Below the pieces are notes generated by a model. The model worked only from the letters and a program-made list of their open reading frames with translations. It did not search any database and was not told the DNA's origin. Source: an uncultured virus (IMG/VR IMGVR_UViG_3300049576_000013) (Duplodnaviria > Heunggongvirae > Uroviricota > Caudoviricetes). Taken from it: DNA of 20,000 nucleotides. The stretch is from IMG/VR virus record IMGVR_UViG_3300049576_000013. One strand, given 5' to 3'. Within the stretch, counting starts at the first letter, position 1. Every line of letters begins with the position of its first letter. Both the position numbers and the translations under genes were made by a program. Below are positions 1 to 9,161 of this stretch, piece by piece.

Positions 1-3000
1 GGTCAGCGGTGTCCAGCTCTCCGCGCAGCGTGGAGTCGATGTCGGCCAATTCCTCCTTGTTGAAGGAGATCTCCGACTCCATGCGCTGGATGCCCTCCTG
101 CGGGGTGATCTTCCCGCTGGAGATGTCATCAATGATCTCGTTGGTAGCCCGCTTCGGGGACCCGTCCCGCATCTTGATGTCGGCGTCGTCCCACGCCTGC
201 TTGAACTCGTTCTTTCGAGGAGCGTTGTCGATCGGCGTCACCGTACGGCTCTCGAAGTCGCCAGCGGGAGGCTCCTCGGCGGCCTCGACGACGCTCTTGC
301 TGAGTCGGATGTCCTCCCCGTCCCGCTGGAGCGTGAGCCCAGGACGGACGATCTGCACGTCCGCGCCTTGGCGGACCTTGCCGATCGCCTCGTGTTGCTT
401 CGGGTCGAACTTGGCCCGGTCGCCGGCCTTGCCGTACGGGGTGATGCCTTCAAGGTCGAGCAGCTTGGCCATCTCGGCGCGGGCCTTGTCCCGGTCGCCC
501 GACTCGATGGCGGAGATGACGGGGCCGAGGTCGAGCCCGCCGGTCGGGCGCGGTGAGGGGTCGTCGATGGCGATGTTGTGCCGGTCCTGATTACCGATGG
601 AGATAGCGGCGTCGCGGTCCGCCTGGGTCAAGGCCGCCTGCTTGTTCTCCGGAACGACGCTCGTGCCGCGATCCTTGGCGTGCAGGCGCAGGATTGCTGC
701 ATCGATCTCGTGGCGGTTGGTGCTCTCGCCGAGTTCTTCGCGCAGGTCGGCAAGGGCCACCAGCTGCGTGTCGCCGGGCCGGGCCTTGCGCCCGTTGCGC
801 GCCAAGACCGCTACGTAGGCCGCCCGCACACGGTTCTCGACGACGATGTCACGGTCCGCACCCCGTTCGGCCGCCGCACGCAGCCGGGACAGGACAGCCC
901 GGTCTGACGCTCCGTTGTGCAGGATCTCGTCCAGCTCGCCGGCGGCAGTCGAGAGCTTGCGGGCTGAGTCGATGGCGGACTGACGGTCGCGGGCGGACTG
1001 CTCGAGGTCGCCAGCCAGGTCCTCGGCATCCTGGAGTTCGGCGAACTCGCGCTCGAGTTTCTTCCGCTCGGGCGAGGGACGCCGGTGCCCCGCCCCGGAG
1101 TCCTGGCGGTAAGCGAGGTTCTTCGCGAACCAGTCGCGCCGATCGTCAATGGACAGCCCCTTCGGGAGCTTGAGCTGGACCTCGCCGCCGCCTGAATACC
1201 GGCTGGCCAGCTTCGCCAACTCGCCGGCGTTGAGATCGGCGATCATGTCGCTGATCTTCTGCTGCCGCTCGGCGCGGTCAGCTCCACGGACGCCAGTCAG
1301 GCGCTCAACCAGCGCATCAAAGTCGGCCGTTTCGGGCTTCAATGGAAGCCCGGAGGAGCGCTTGGTGACGGACTGCTCCCCCAGATCTGGCACTACGACC
1401 AGGGTCTGCGACGGGGATAGACCAGCTACCCCACGAGCACTCTGGTTGATGTTCTCGACCGGATTGCCTTGCTCATCGGTGCCACTGATCCGGATACGCC
1501 CGTTGGTGTCACGATCCACTGAGGTGATGGTGACGATCTTGCCGCCAGTGCGCCGATTGGTGGGCTTGTTCTCCGGAGTGAGCCGTACCCGCATGCCCGG
1601 TTGAAGACGCCCAGCCGTGATCTTCCCGGCCGCAGTGCCAGGTGCCGCACCCGGAACGGCGACCTTGGCCGCCTTCTTAACCGGAGGCGCCTCGGGGACT
1701 CGTGGCTTAGCCCCCTCGGTACGCCGCCCCCGAGTCGACATCTCCTCCAGGATCGTGTTGATGAGCCCGTCCCGGCGCATCTTGTTGATGCTGGTGGCTG
1801 GGGCGATGTCGTTCTCTTTGGCGAAGGCGCGGAGGTCGGCGACGGTCGGCCTCTTGCCACCGAACAATTCCGTGATCTGCTGCTCTTTGTTGGTCGTCGA
1901 CCCAGGCTCAGCTGGAAGGTCCTTGAGCCCTCGAAGCTCCTTCTTCAGCTGATCCTTGGTCATCCGGGAGAGCGGGATGCCACCTCGCTCGGCGGCCAGG
2001 CCACGTTTCTTTGCCTCGGCGTACAGCTCCGCCTTGGTCATCTTGTCCAGGTCATCCCCAGACTCGGGTGCCGCCTTCGCCGGGGAAGCCTTCTTAACCG
2101 GAGCAGCCTTCTTGGCCGCCGCCTTCCGTGGGGCCGGCTTTGTAAGCTGGTCGGCAACCCTGTTCAGGTGGTCGTCTTCGCCACGATCATTTCGAAGGCG
2201 CCGCGCCCCTTCTGCCCGGGAGATCCGCTTACGACGGACCATGTCCATGACGACATTGAGGCCAGTCAGCTCAAACTGGCTCAGATCGCCCTCTTTGATG
2301 CCGGCAGCCTCTAACAGCGGCAGGTACACCTCGCGATTGGCAGTGTCGGCTTCCTCGTTACTTTCGGCAACCCGAGCGTTAGTGCGCTTGGCAGCGGCAC
2401 GCCCTGTTTCGGCAGCAACCTCCCGGGATTGCTCCTGCTCCCGATCAACTTTCTGTTGCTGAGCATCTGTGGGCCGAGTCGCTGCTGCCTTCTTCGCGTT
2501 GCCTCGGTCCTGGCGCCGCTCCTCGGGCGTTGGCCTGATGCCGGGGGAGCGGCGGGCAGGCTTCTTCTCCTCGACTGGGGCCGGCAGGTTGTACTGCTCC
2601 CGGATCAGGTCCCGGAGTTGTTCCTGGGCACGGATGTCATCAGCCAGTTCCTCATCACCCTGGCCAGCCTGGAGCTTGCGCTGGTTGACAGCAATGTCCC
2701 GCTCCAGCTCCCGGACCGAGTCTCGCGGGTCCTTCTTCCCGGTGGCGATGCCCTCGTAGGCGTCGTTGAACTCCTTGCGTCGCGACCCAGCCGAAGGCGC
2801 AGGGATGTTGGCCTCGCGCACGGCGTTGCGGATGTCTACGATCCGTGGAGTCGGTGGCTCTGGCTCCGGTGTAGGGACTGTCTCTTGCCCTATTGCGGGG
2901 GCCGGAGCGGAACCGGGGGCAGGGCCACCGACTGCTCGTGACACCACTGGTTCAGTACGCGGCGGTGGGGTGCCCGGCGGTGCGGGCACCTGCTGCTGCC

Positions 3001-3856
3001 CAGCCCCCTGGGGCATAGCCTGCTGCCGGGCCTGCTCCCGCTGCGCCGCCTCCGCTTCGACCTGGGTGTCGGACTGGATCCGCATCTGGTTCTGCTGAGA
3101 TTGGGTGACTTGGGCGACGCCAGCCTCACGCTGCTCCACGCCGGGCCCAGCGCCAGGGGCGGGGCGCCCGATCGGTTCCGGCGTCTCACCAGGTGTCCGG
3201 TCGGTGGCCACGGCCATGACGTAGTAGCCGCCGGCCCCGTCCGGCGTCACCTTGGTGATGCGGTACTCCTGGTCCCGGTCCAGGATCACTTCCCGGTCCC
3301 CGGGTCCGTCGCCGGGGATGATGGCCTGGGTGCCCTTGGGGACCGCCACAGTCATCAGGATGCCGGTGTTCTGCCCCAGTGGGGTGCCGATGTTGGTGGA
3401 CCCGTAGCCCCGGTCCCCGATCAGCTTGCCGGTGAAGTCTTCGATACCCCCCTCATCCAGGCCCATGGTTTCGGGGGTGAGCCCGAACGCTTCCGGAGTC
3501 ACACGACGGGACACGATGATGTCGTCCGGCAGAGTGACCTTGTTACGGTCCATCATCTGCACGAACTTCTTGGTTGACGCATCCATATCGCCGCGTCGCA
3601 GGGCCTGGTTCGCCGCCGGGTAGTCAGCGGCGAATCGTGGCATGTCTAACCCGCCGCCACCTCGGGGCTTTCGGTTGAAGACGTACTGAGCCGCCTGTTG
3701 GTCGCTGCTGAACGTGCGGGGGTTGAACTTGGCCAGGATGTTGGTGATCGCGTCCACGACACCGGCGGCCATCTTCCACTTGCTACGGAAGCGGCCGTTC
3801 TTGTCGCGGGGGTGCAGCAGTTCCTCGCGAGTACCCCACGAATCACCAAGTCCCAC
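1..3856 (-). CDS. Giant multi-domain (polyvalent) virion-associated protein with N-terminal VIP2-like ADP-ribosyltransferase domain; 3'-truncated by the window edge (>1285 aa)
   Basis: Not in the ORF track because there is no stop in the window. Manual translation from GTG at 3856 (3 nt after the protease stop) stays open to position 2. It begins MGLGDSWGTREELLHPRDKNGRFRSKW. ART-like segment: LPDDIIVSRR...GKLIGDRGYGSTN...LMTVAVPKGTQAII...DREVILDRDQEYRITKV. This is followed by a Q/P-rich linker, a KAAAKKAAPVKK tract, two Rho-N/HeH-like motifs and a GrpE-like FDPKQHEA segment. Confidence 0.9.
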   Translation of the reverse strand, partial: MGLGDSWGTREELLHPRDKNGRFRSKWKMAAGVVDAITNILAKFNPRTFSSDQQAAQYVFNRKPRGGGGLDMPRFAADYPAANQALRRGDMDASTKKFVQMMDRNKVTLPDDIIVSRRVTPEAFGLTPETMGLDEGGIEDFTGKLIGDRGYGSTNIGTPLGQNTGILMTVAVPKGTQAIIPGDGPGDREVILDRDQEYRITKVTPDGAGGYYVMAVATDRTPGETPEPIGRPAPGAGPGVEQREAGVAQVTQSQQNQMRIQSDTQVEAEAAQREQARQQAMPQGAGQQQVPAPPGTPPPRTEPVVSRAVGGPAPGSAPAPAIGQETVPTPEPEPPTPRIVDIRNAVREANIPAPSAGSRRKEFNDAYEGIATGKKDPRDSVRELERDIAVNQRKLQAGQGDEELADDIRAQEQLRDLIREQYNLPAPVEEKKPARRSPGIRPTPEERRQDRGNAKKAAATRPTDAQQQKVDREQEQSREVAAETGRAAAKRTNARVAESNEEADTANREVYLPLLEAAGIKEGDLSQFELTGLNVVMDMVRRKRISRAEGARRLRNDRGEDDHLNRVADQLTKPAPRKAAAKKAAPVKKASPAKAAPESGDDLDKMTKAELYAEAKKRGLAAERGGIPLSRMTKDQLKKELRGLKDLPAEPGSTTNKEQQITELFGGKRPTVADLRAFAKENDIAPATSINKMRRDGLINTILEEMSTRGRRTEGAKPRVPEAPPVKKAAKVAVPGAAPGTAAGKITAGRLQPGMRVRLTPENKPTNRRTGGKIVTITSVDRDTNGRIRISGTDEQGNPVENINQSARGVAGLSPSQTLVVVPDLGEQSVTKRSSGLPLKPETADFDALVERLTGVRGADRAERQQKISDMIADLNAGELAKLASRYSGGGEVQLKLPKGLSIDDRRDWFAKNLAYRQDSGAGHRRPSPERKKLEREFAELQDAEDLAGDLEQSARDRQSAIDSARKLSTAAGELDEILHNGASDRAVLSRLRAAAERGADRDIVVENRVRAAYVAVLARNGRKARPGDTQLVALADLREELGESTNRHEIDAAILRLHAKDRGTSVVPENKQAALTQADRDAAISIGNQDRHNIAIDDPSPRPTGGLDLGPVISAIESGDRDKARAEMAKLLDLEGITPYGKAGDRAKFDPKQHEAIGKVRQGADVQIVRPGLTLQRDGEDIRLSKSVVEAAEEPPAGDFESRTVTPIDNAPRKNEFKQAWDDADIKMRDGSPKRATNEIIDDISSGKITPQEGIQRMESEISFNKEELADIDSTLRGELDTAD

Positions 3857-3859
3857 GGT

Positions 3860-6160
3860 TTACCCCACAGGTGCAGTCGTTGCCGGGCTGGGTGCTGGCG
3901 GCGGAGCCTGAGCAGTCGGAACGGGAGCCACCTCACCGGGCTCCTCAGGGCCACCCTCGGGGTTCTCCACAACGGAGAACTGGGCATCGAGTTGACGGTT
4001 CAGCATCCCCGCCTCGTCAACGGGGGCGGAGGCGGTAGGTGGTGCAGCCGTACCACCTACCGCCGGCTCCTCGGCCGCAGCTGCCGCCAGAAGGGAGAAC
4101 CGGGCGGCCCGCTCCCGCTGCTGGTAGATCTGCTCGTCATCGATCAGGTCCAGCAACCGAGCCCGGCGGTCCTCCCGCGCCTCCTGTCGCCCGATCTCCT
4201 CACGCACCATGGCGGCCACCAGGTTCATGTCCAGGATGCCGGTGGGCGGCACCTCGGGCTCCAGGTCCCCGCCTGGCTCCAGGCTGCCAGCGGCTACCAG
4301 GGCCAGTCGGTCGTCGCCGTCCATGGCGTACACCGGGAAGGCGGGGACGTTGACGGCCAGGGCAGCGGTCAGCTCCAGGTTGCCTTCGACTCGCCGCCAG
4401 TCGCCGGAGATGGGGCTGCGACGGAGCTTGGCCACCTTGGCTGGGGTGGCTTCGGGGACGATGGCACCGGCCACCCAGACGCCGTACTCGTCCTCGCCGG
4501 CCCGGACTACGGCGACCTCATCGCCGGTGTTGTCGTAGTGGAGGGCGGCGGAGCTGTAGCCGAGGTTGATGTCAGCGTGCCGGGTGTCCATAACGATCTT
4601 CCCGACCCGTACGGTGTCACCTTCGGCGGTCACCACACTGCCCAGGTGGAACGGGGCGTAGCCCTTCTGGGAGCGGGGCGGCAGGACGCATTCGCGGCGG
4701 GCAACGAAGTCACGGTGGCACTCGTCCCAGGCGGCGATGTGACCAAACACTTTCCCGTCCGCCGTGACGGTCAACGGCGTCTTCCCCGCCAGACTGGGGT
4801 TCTGGAACCACTGAGCCGGGGGCTGAACCGGGTAGTCGGACATGGCGTATTCATCCCTCTGATCGATGGACATCTGGACCCCGGGCTGAGCCGAACGATC
4901 CCAGGGGGCGCGGATAGTGGCGTCGTTGAACTCCTGCGCCATCACGGGATAGATCTCACTGATGACGCGACGCAGAGCGCCCTTGTCCGGTTCTGGGACG
5001 TTAGGCAGGCCGCCATGAGCGCCGGACAAGAGCGCAGCCGCAGCGTAGATGGCGTGATAGATCAACGTCAACTCACCGTTGATCACGTCACCTACCGGTA
5101 GGCGGTACGAGGTCGTGTCCGTCTCCGGCATCCGGGTGTCGTGCCACATGAATGCGCGCCGCAACTTAGCGACATCCGGACCCTGAGGCGTCGCGGCCCA
5201 GGCGGCGATCCGTTTGACTGCGTCGTCATTGTCAAAGACCGAGTTGCGAGGAGCCAGCGGGAGCCCTCGCCATCCGGACGGGTTGACCGCGAACGAGTCC
5301 TCCGCATCCAGATCCGTTGTGAGCCGATCGCCACAGCCGCAGTCGTCACTATCAAGGTCAGCGGTGTAGTCGGGGTCGTCATCCGGCCAGTCACCGTCCG
5401 TGTCGAAGGTGTACAGGTGCATCCCTGAGAAGGCGGGGATGGGGACCAGCGTGGCCCCTCCGATGGTGAACCGCATCATGTGTTCGGCCCCAGTCTCGGG
5501 GTTCATGGTAGCGACGACCCGGCCACCAGGATCCACGCTAGAGCCAGCGACGCCCATCTCCATGAGGTACCGAGCCTTGGCTGCCTCGGGGATGATCTCC
5601 TCGTCGAGGAAGTCGCCCCAACCCCAGGCGAAGTCACGTTCCTGCTCATCGGGACCGTAGGTGATGCCGAGAATCCGGCCCACCGTCATGGCCCCCTCAT
5701 GTCCCTGGGCCGTCTTCTGGCGCCAGTCCAGGGGGAGCGGGAGCATGCGATGACTCAGCGAGTCCGGCTCAAAGATGCGAGTCCGTCGCGGCTCCCCGGT
5801 GGGGACGCTGAACGGAGCCAGGGGGCCAGCCCAGGCGTACTTGCCCAGCTTCGGCTGCCGCTCCAGCAGCTTGGTGGCAGCCACCAGGGCGTCCCGGCTG
5901 TACTCCTGGTCCCCACCAAGCAGGGAGGAGGCAGCGCTGAGGCTGTGCCCGTGCCCTTTGCCGGGCGCCGCCCCCAGCCGCTTCTGGTGAAGAATGTTGC
6001 AGAGCCCCTCCGGATTCGTGGGGAAGTATTTCCGCAGGTTCCGGACGCAGCGGTTGAAGTCGTGAGGCATGCCCCAGCGGATCTTCGCTGCCCCCTTGCC
6101 GGTTAGCCAGTACCGCTGGAGCTGGAGGGGCATGCCACGGGCCGGGTTCGGGTCGACCAT
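3860..6160 (-). CDS. Capsid maturation protease-like multi-domain head protein (766 aa)
   Basis: Start moved to ATG 6160 (TAATG overlap with the MuF stop, GAGAGGGG RBS). Motifs typical of actinophage head-maturation proteins: YWLTGKGAAKIRWG..DFNRCV, LPLPL.W...GHEGA..VGRI, GHIAAW..CH, HYDNTG, GEDEYGVWVAG, SGDWR...LELTAALAVNVPAFP. Lies after portal and MuF. Confidence 0.8.
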   Translation of the reverse strand: MVDPNPARGMPLQLQRYWLTGKGAAKIRWGMPHDFNRCVRNLRKYFPTNPEGLCNILHQKRLGAAPGKGHGHSLSAASSLLGGDQEYSRDALVAATKLLERQPKLGKYAWAGPLAPFSVPTGEPRRTRIFEPDSLSHRMLPLPLDWRQKTAQGHEGAMTVGRILGITYGPDEQERDFAWGWGDFLDEEIIPEAAKARYLMEMGVAGSSVDPGGRVVATMNPETGAEHMMRFTIGGATLVPIPAFSGMHLYTFDTDGDWPDDDPDYTADLDSDDCGCGDRLTTDLDAEDSFAVNPSGWRGLPLAPRNSVFDNDDAVKRIAAWAATPQGPDVAKLRRAFMWHDTRMPETDTTSYRLPVGDVINGELTLIYHAIYAAAALLSGAHGGLPNVPEPDKGALRRVISEIYPVMAQEFNDATIRAPWDRSAQPGVQMSIDQRDEYAMSDYPVQPPAQWFQNPSLAGKTPLTVTADGKVFGHIAAWDECHRDFVARRECVLPPRSQKGYAPFHLGSVVTAEGDTVRVGKIVMDTRHADINLGYSSAALHYDNTGDEVAVVRAGEDEYGVWVAGAIVPEATPAKVAKLRRSPISGDWRRVEGNLELTAALAVNVPAFPVYAMDGDDRLALVAAGSLEPGGDLEPEVPPTGILDMNLVAAMVREEIGRQEAREDRRARLLDLIDDEQIYQQRERAARFSLLAAAAAEEPAVGGTAAPPTASAPVDEAGMLNRQLDAQFSVVENPEGGPEEPGEVAPVPTAQAPPPAPSPATTAPVG

Positions 6161-6885
6161 TAGCGTCCCCTCTCGTTCAGAATCGTGAGACTGCACCGGC
6201 AGTTGATCACACTCTCCGGAGGACCGGAAGGGTCGCCGGGAAACATCAACGGCCATCCATCGACGTAGAACGGGTACATTACATCAATCACCCGGCCATC
6301 TACTTCCCGATGCGATCCCCGGACCCGGCTATCGTCCCGGGTGTCCCACCGCTTCTGTAGCACTCGACCAGAAAGTCGAGACTGCTCCACTCCTGCGGCG
6401 AGAGTGCCGGCGCCATAGGCCCGAGTCGTCTCAGTCTGAGCGATTGTGCGAGCCCGAGCAGGCCACCGCTCGGAGGCGGTGTAGCTGAGGACCCGTTCGA
6501 CTCGTTGAGCCACCTCATCAGTGTCAGCACCACCATTCACGGCATCTGTGATCTCCGCGAAGATCAGGTTCGCTACCTCGTCCGGGATACGGACCAGGAA
6601 GTTCTCCGTCTGCGCCAACTGAGCCATGACGAAGGCGTGCCGAGACACCGGAGCCACATCAGAAGCCTGACTCCAGGCGTTCATGGTGATGCGCCCAATG
6701 ACGGTGAGGATGCTGTCCATTTCCGTCACCCAGTCCGACTGGACGCGGTAGACCCGGCTGGGATCGGGTTGGGTTCGGTACTGGCGCCACGGTGCCATGA
6801 CAGCGTCCTTGGCCTTCGCAAGCCAACGGCGAAGGGCCTGGCCCACCACCCCGGCCAGATGCTGCTCATCACTGTCACGCCCCAT
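6160..6885 (-). CDS. MuF-like (phage Mu F / SPP1 gp7 family) minor head protein
   Basis: RARTIAQTETTRAY, KRWDTRDDSRVRGSH, FPGDPSGPPESVINCRC are hallmark MuF motifs. Start overlaps the portal stop. Confidence 0.9.
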   Translation of the reverse strand: MGRDSDEQHLAGVVGQALRRWLAKAKDAVMAPWRQYRTQPDPSRVYRVQSDWVTEMDSILTVIGRITMNAWSQASDVAPVSRHAFVMAQLAQTENFLVRIPDEVANLIFAEITDAVNGGADTDEVAQRVERVLSYTASERWPARARTIAQTETTRAYGAGTLAAGVEQSRLSGRVLQKRWDTRDDSRVRGSHREVDGRVIDVMYPFYVDGWPLMFPGDPSGPPESVINCRCSLTILNERGR

Positions 6886-8776
6886 CGAGCAAACCTCGCC
6901 GTCGCAGGTACTCGCCGAGGAGCTGAACGGTGTGAGCCTGCTCCCGAATGAGCAGCGTGAAGCAGTAGTCGTGCAGAGCGTCCTTCAAGGCACCTGTGTC
7001 CAGCTCAGGGTCGACCGCCTCGGCCAGGACCGATAGGTGGTCCCAGGCGCCGTCGAGGAGCTGGGTGGCGTGCGGCGGCGTAGCCACCTTGATCCGGGTG
7101 TGCAGTTCGTAGGCCGGCACATCAGGCCAATGGTTGCGGTTGGCCCGGTTGAGGAGGCGGCGGCCAGCCCGCTCCAGGGCACGGAGGCAGGTGGCGTTAG
7201 CCAGCACGAAGGTGTTTACTGATGCCGGCACGGAGGCGCTGGCCGTGACGCCAGAAGGTACGTCGGGGGGGCCGCCTGGGGCGTTTTGAGCCTCCGTGGC
7301 CAGGGGCATGGGGCCACCTGCGGTCGGGGAAATGCCAGTGGGTGGCGCTGGCGGCGGCGGTGGCCCCGCCCCTGGCGTTCCCGGCGCCGGTGCAATGACG
7401 GTGTTGGCGGGCAAGATTTCTTCGGTGTACCCAGCCACCTTTCGAACGGCTGGGTTCTGGAGTAGGGCCGGGTCCCGGAGCATCAGCTCGCGGGTGAACC
7501 GCATCAGGTCTTCTTCGTCGCTGGGTGCATCGCTGATCTTGTAGTCACCAGCGAGAAGCACGGTCTCCCGACTAACCAACCCCTTCTCGTACATCTCCCG
7601 GGTGTCCTTCAGGCGCTCCGGGCGCACGGTGAGGGGGGCAGTGTCATACCAGAAGACGTACTTGTCCGGGTTCTCCTTGATCGCCTTCAGGGCCGGTTGC
7701 AGGTACGCCGTGGTGAGTGCGTCACAGATCCGTACCATGAGGGGGACAATGTGGACATTGATCTGCCCCTCGACGATTTGCCAGGCTCCCCAGTGATTCG
7801 CCTCCCCGGCCCCCGTGAGGATGGACGGTTCAATGTCCATGGCCAGGGCCAGCCGCCGGATCGCCTCAGCGCGGAGGTCGAGTGCCTGACGAGACAACTC
7901 CCCGCCGAACTGCACCAGGTTGATCTTCCCCAGCGCCTCCATCGGCATCTCCATGACGATGGGAGCAATCCCAGCCGCAGTCCCTTCACCCTGGAGTGAG
8001 GCGGACCCAGTCCGCACCAGGATGTCAGTCAGATTCTCTGAGGCGGACAGGGTGGGGTCTTCCTCGCTGAACGACACCTCCTTAGGGATCGGCAGCAAGC
8101 CAGCGGAGAACAGCCGGGAGTCGATCTGGGCGAACACGTAGCGGGTCAGTCGCTCGATCTCCCACAGCATCGGAAGGCCAGCCTTGGTGGGCGAATCAGC
8201 CCATAGTGCCCGGCGCGGATGGGGGGTCCACACCCGGATGATCAGATCCTTGCGAGGGTCAATCATCTCCTTGGTGCCGTCCGGATTGAGTTGCGCGATG
8301 TTGGAGCCCCACCGCTTCAGTTCAGATGTGGAGACGATGCTCCACTCATCGGACTCAGGGTTGCTGGCACTGCGTCCGACGATGAAGGCTTCCCCGGCCA
8401 CGCTCAGATTGATGCCGAGCATCCGCAACGCCTCGGCTTTGGCCGGGGGGCCGCCGAACAAGGTGTCAGCCAGGCCGGCCACCTTCTTCTTGGTGACCTC
8501 CTTCTGCACCCGGCCGTTGTCGTCTACCTCGGCCACATAGATACGGACCCGGGAGCACGCTGAGCCCACCCAGTTGGCAATGAACCGAAGCTCGCCCACG
8601 ATGTCGTAGAGGCGCCACGCCTCGGTCTGCCAGGTGTCGTCACCGAACTTGTACTGGCGCCAGGCCAAGCCATCCATCTTGATGCGAGCAGCCGAGGCAA
8701 TGAGGCTTTTCGGTGCCTCGTGGGGCAGTGGCTCCTCAACGGGCTCAATCTCTCGACGCCTGCCCCAGCGGGCCAT
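6875..8776 (-). CDS. Portal protein
   Basis: 633 aa between terminase and MuF. WQTEAWRLYDIVGELRF..NW...SR, RVWTPHPRR...ADSP and NHWGAWQI motifs resemble actinophage portals. Pro-rich C-terminal extension. Confidence 0.85.
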   Translation of the reverse strand: MARWGRRREIEPVEEPLPHEAPKSLIASAARIKMDGLAWRQYKFGDDTWQTEAWRLYDIVGELRFIANWVGSACSRVRIYVAEVDDNGRVQKEVTKKKVAGLADTLFGGPPAKAEALRMLGINLSVAGEAFIVGRSASNPESDEWSIVSTSELKRWGSNIAQLNPDGTKEMIDPRKDLIIRVWTPHPRRALWADSPTKAGLPMLWEIERLTRYVFAQIDSRLFSAGLLPIPKEVSFSEEDPTLSASENLTDILVRTGSASLQGEGTAAGIAPIVMEMPMEALGKINLVQFGGELSRQALDLRAEAIRRLALAMDIEPSILTGAGEANHWGAWQIVEGQINVHIVPLMVRICDALTTAYLQPALKAIKENPDKYVFWYDTAPLTVRPERLKDTREMYEKGLVSRETVLLAGDYKISDAPSDEEDLMRFTRELMLRDPALLQNPAVRKVAGYTEEILPANTVIAPAPGTPGAGPPPPPAPPTGISPTAGGPMPLATEAQNAPGGPPDVPSGVTASASVPASVNTFVLANATCLRALERAGRRLLNRANRNHWPDVPAYELHTRIKVATPPHATQLLDGAWDHLSVLAEAVDPELDTGALKDALHDYCFTLLIREQAHTVQLLGEYLRRRGLLDGA

Positions 8777-9081
8777 TAGCTACCCCACTTGTTCAGAAGA
8801 CCAGCCACCATTGAGGCAGCGGGGATCGCCAGTATGGCCAACACGATCCCTTCCAGCGTCCAGCCGGTCATAGCAAGGACGGCCAGCGGCATGACGAGGA
8901 GGCTGATCCAGATGGAGGTGCACCACGGGCAGTGGGCGAAGTAGGCAGTCTTCGATTCTTCACCGAATCGCTTCACGACCCAACGTCGGATGCCGATCGT
9001 TATCTCGTCGTCAACGAGGAGACGCGTCAGTCGCGCGACTGCGAGCATCCCTACAAGGAGCGATACGATCAACACCCCCAT
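8776..9081 (-). CDS. Small two-TM membrane protein (DUF1360-like)
   Basis: LAVARLTRLLVDDEIT..IR...CPWCTSIW motif and hydrophobic helices. Stop overlaps the portal ATG (TAATG). Confidence 0.8.
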   Translation of the reverse strand: MGVLIVSLLVGMLAVARLTRLLVDDEITIGIRRWVVKRFGEESKTAYFAHCPWCTSIWISLLVMPLAVLAMTGWTLEGIVLAILAIPAASMVAGLLNKWGS

Positions 9082-9131
9082 AGCCTAAAGGTGAAACTCC
9101 TGCAAGGGGTAGACGCCACTTAGGTGGGGAC

Positions 9132-9160
9132 TTGCCCCCCAGGGGTCCCTGTGCTAGTGT
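9132..9160 (+). promoter_or_regulatory. Sigma70/SigA-type promoter in front of the pentamer array
   Basis: TTGCCC-17 bp-TAGTGT with extended -10 TG. Shares GGACTTGC and TCCCTGTGCTA.TGT with the promoter at 15889-15916. Confidence 0.6.
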
Positions 9161-9161
9161 C

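Noticed and set aside
9..3623. Many plus-strand and short minus-strand ORFs in the track
   Set aside because: Shadow ORFs of the single giant minus-strand CDS in high-GC DNA.
3698..5101. 467-aa plus-strand ORF
   Set aside because: Antisense shadow of the protease gene; no motifs.
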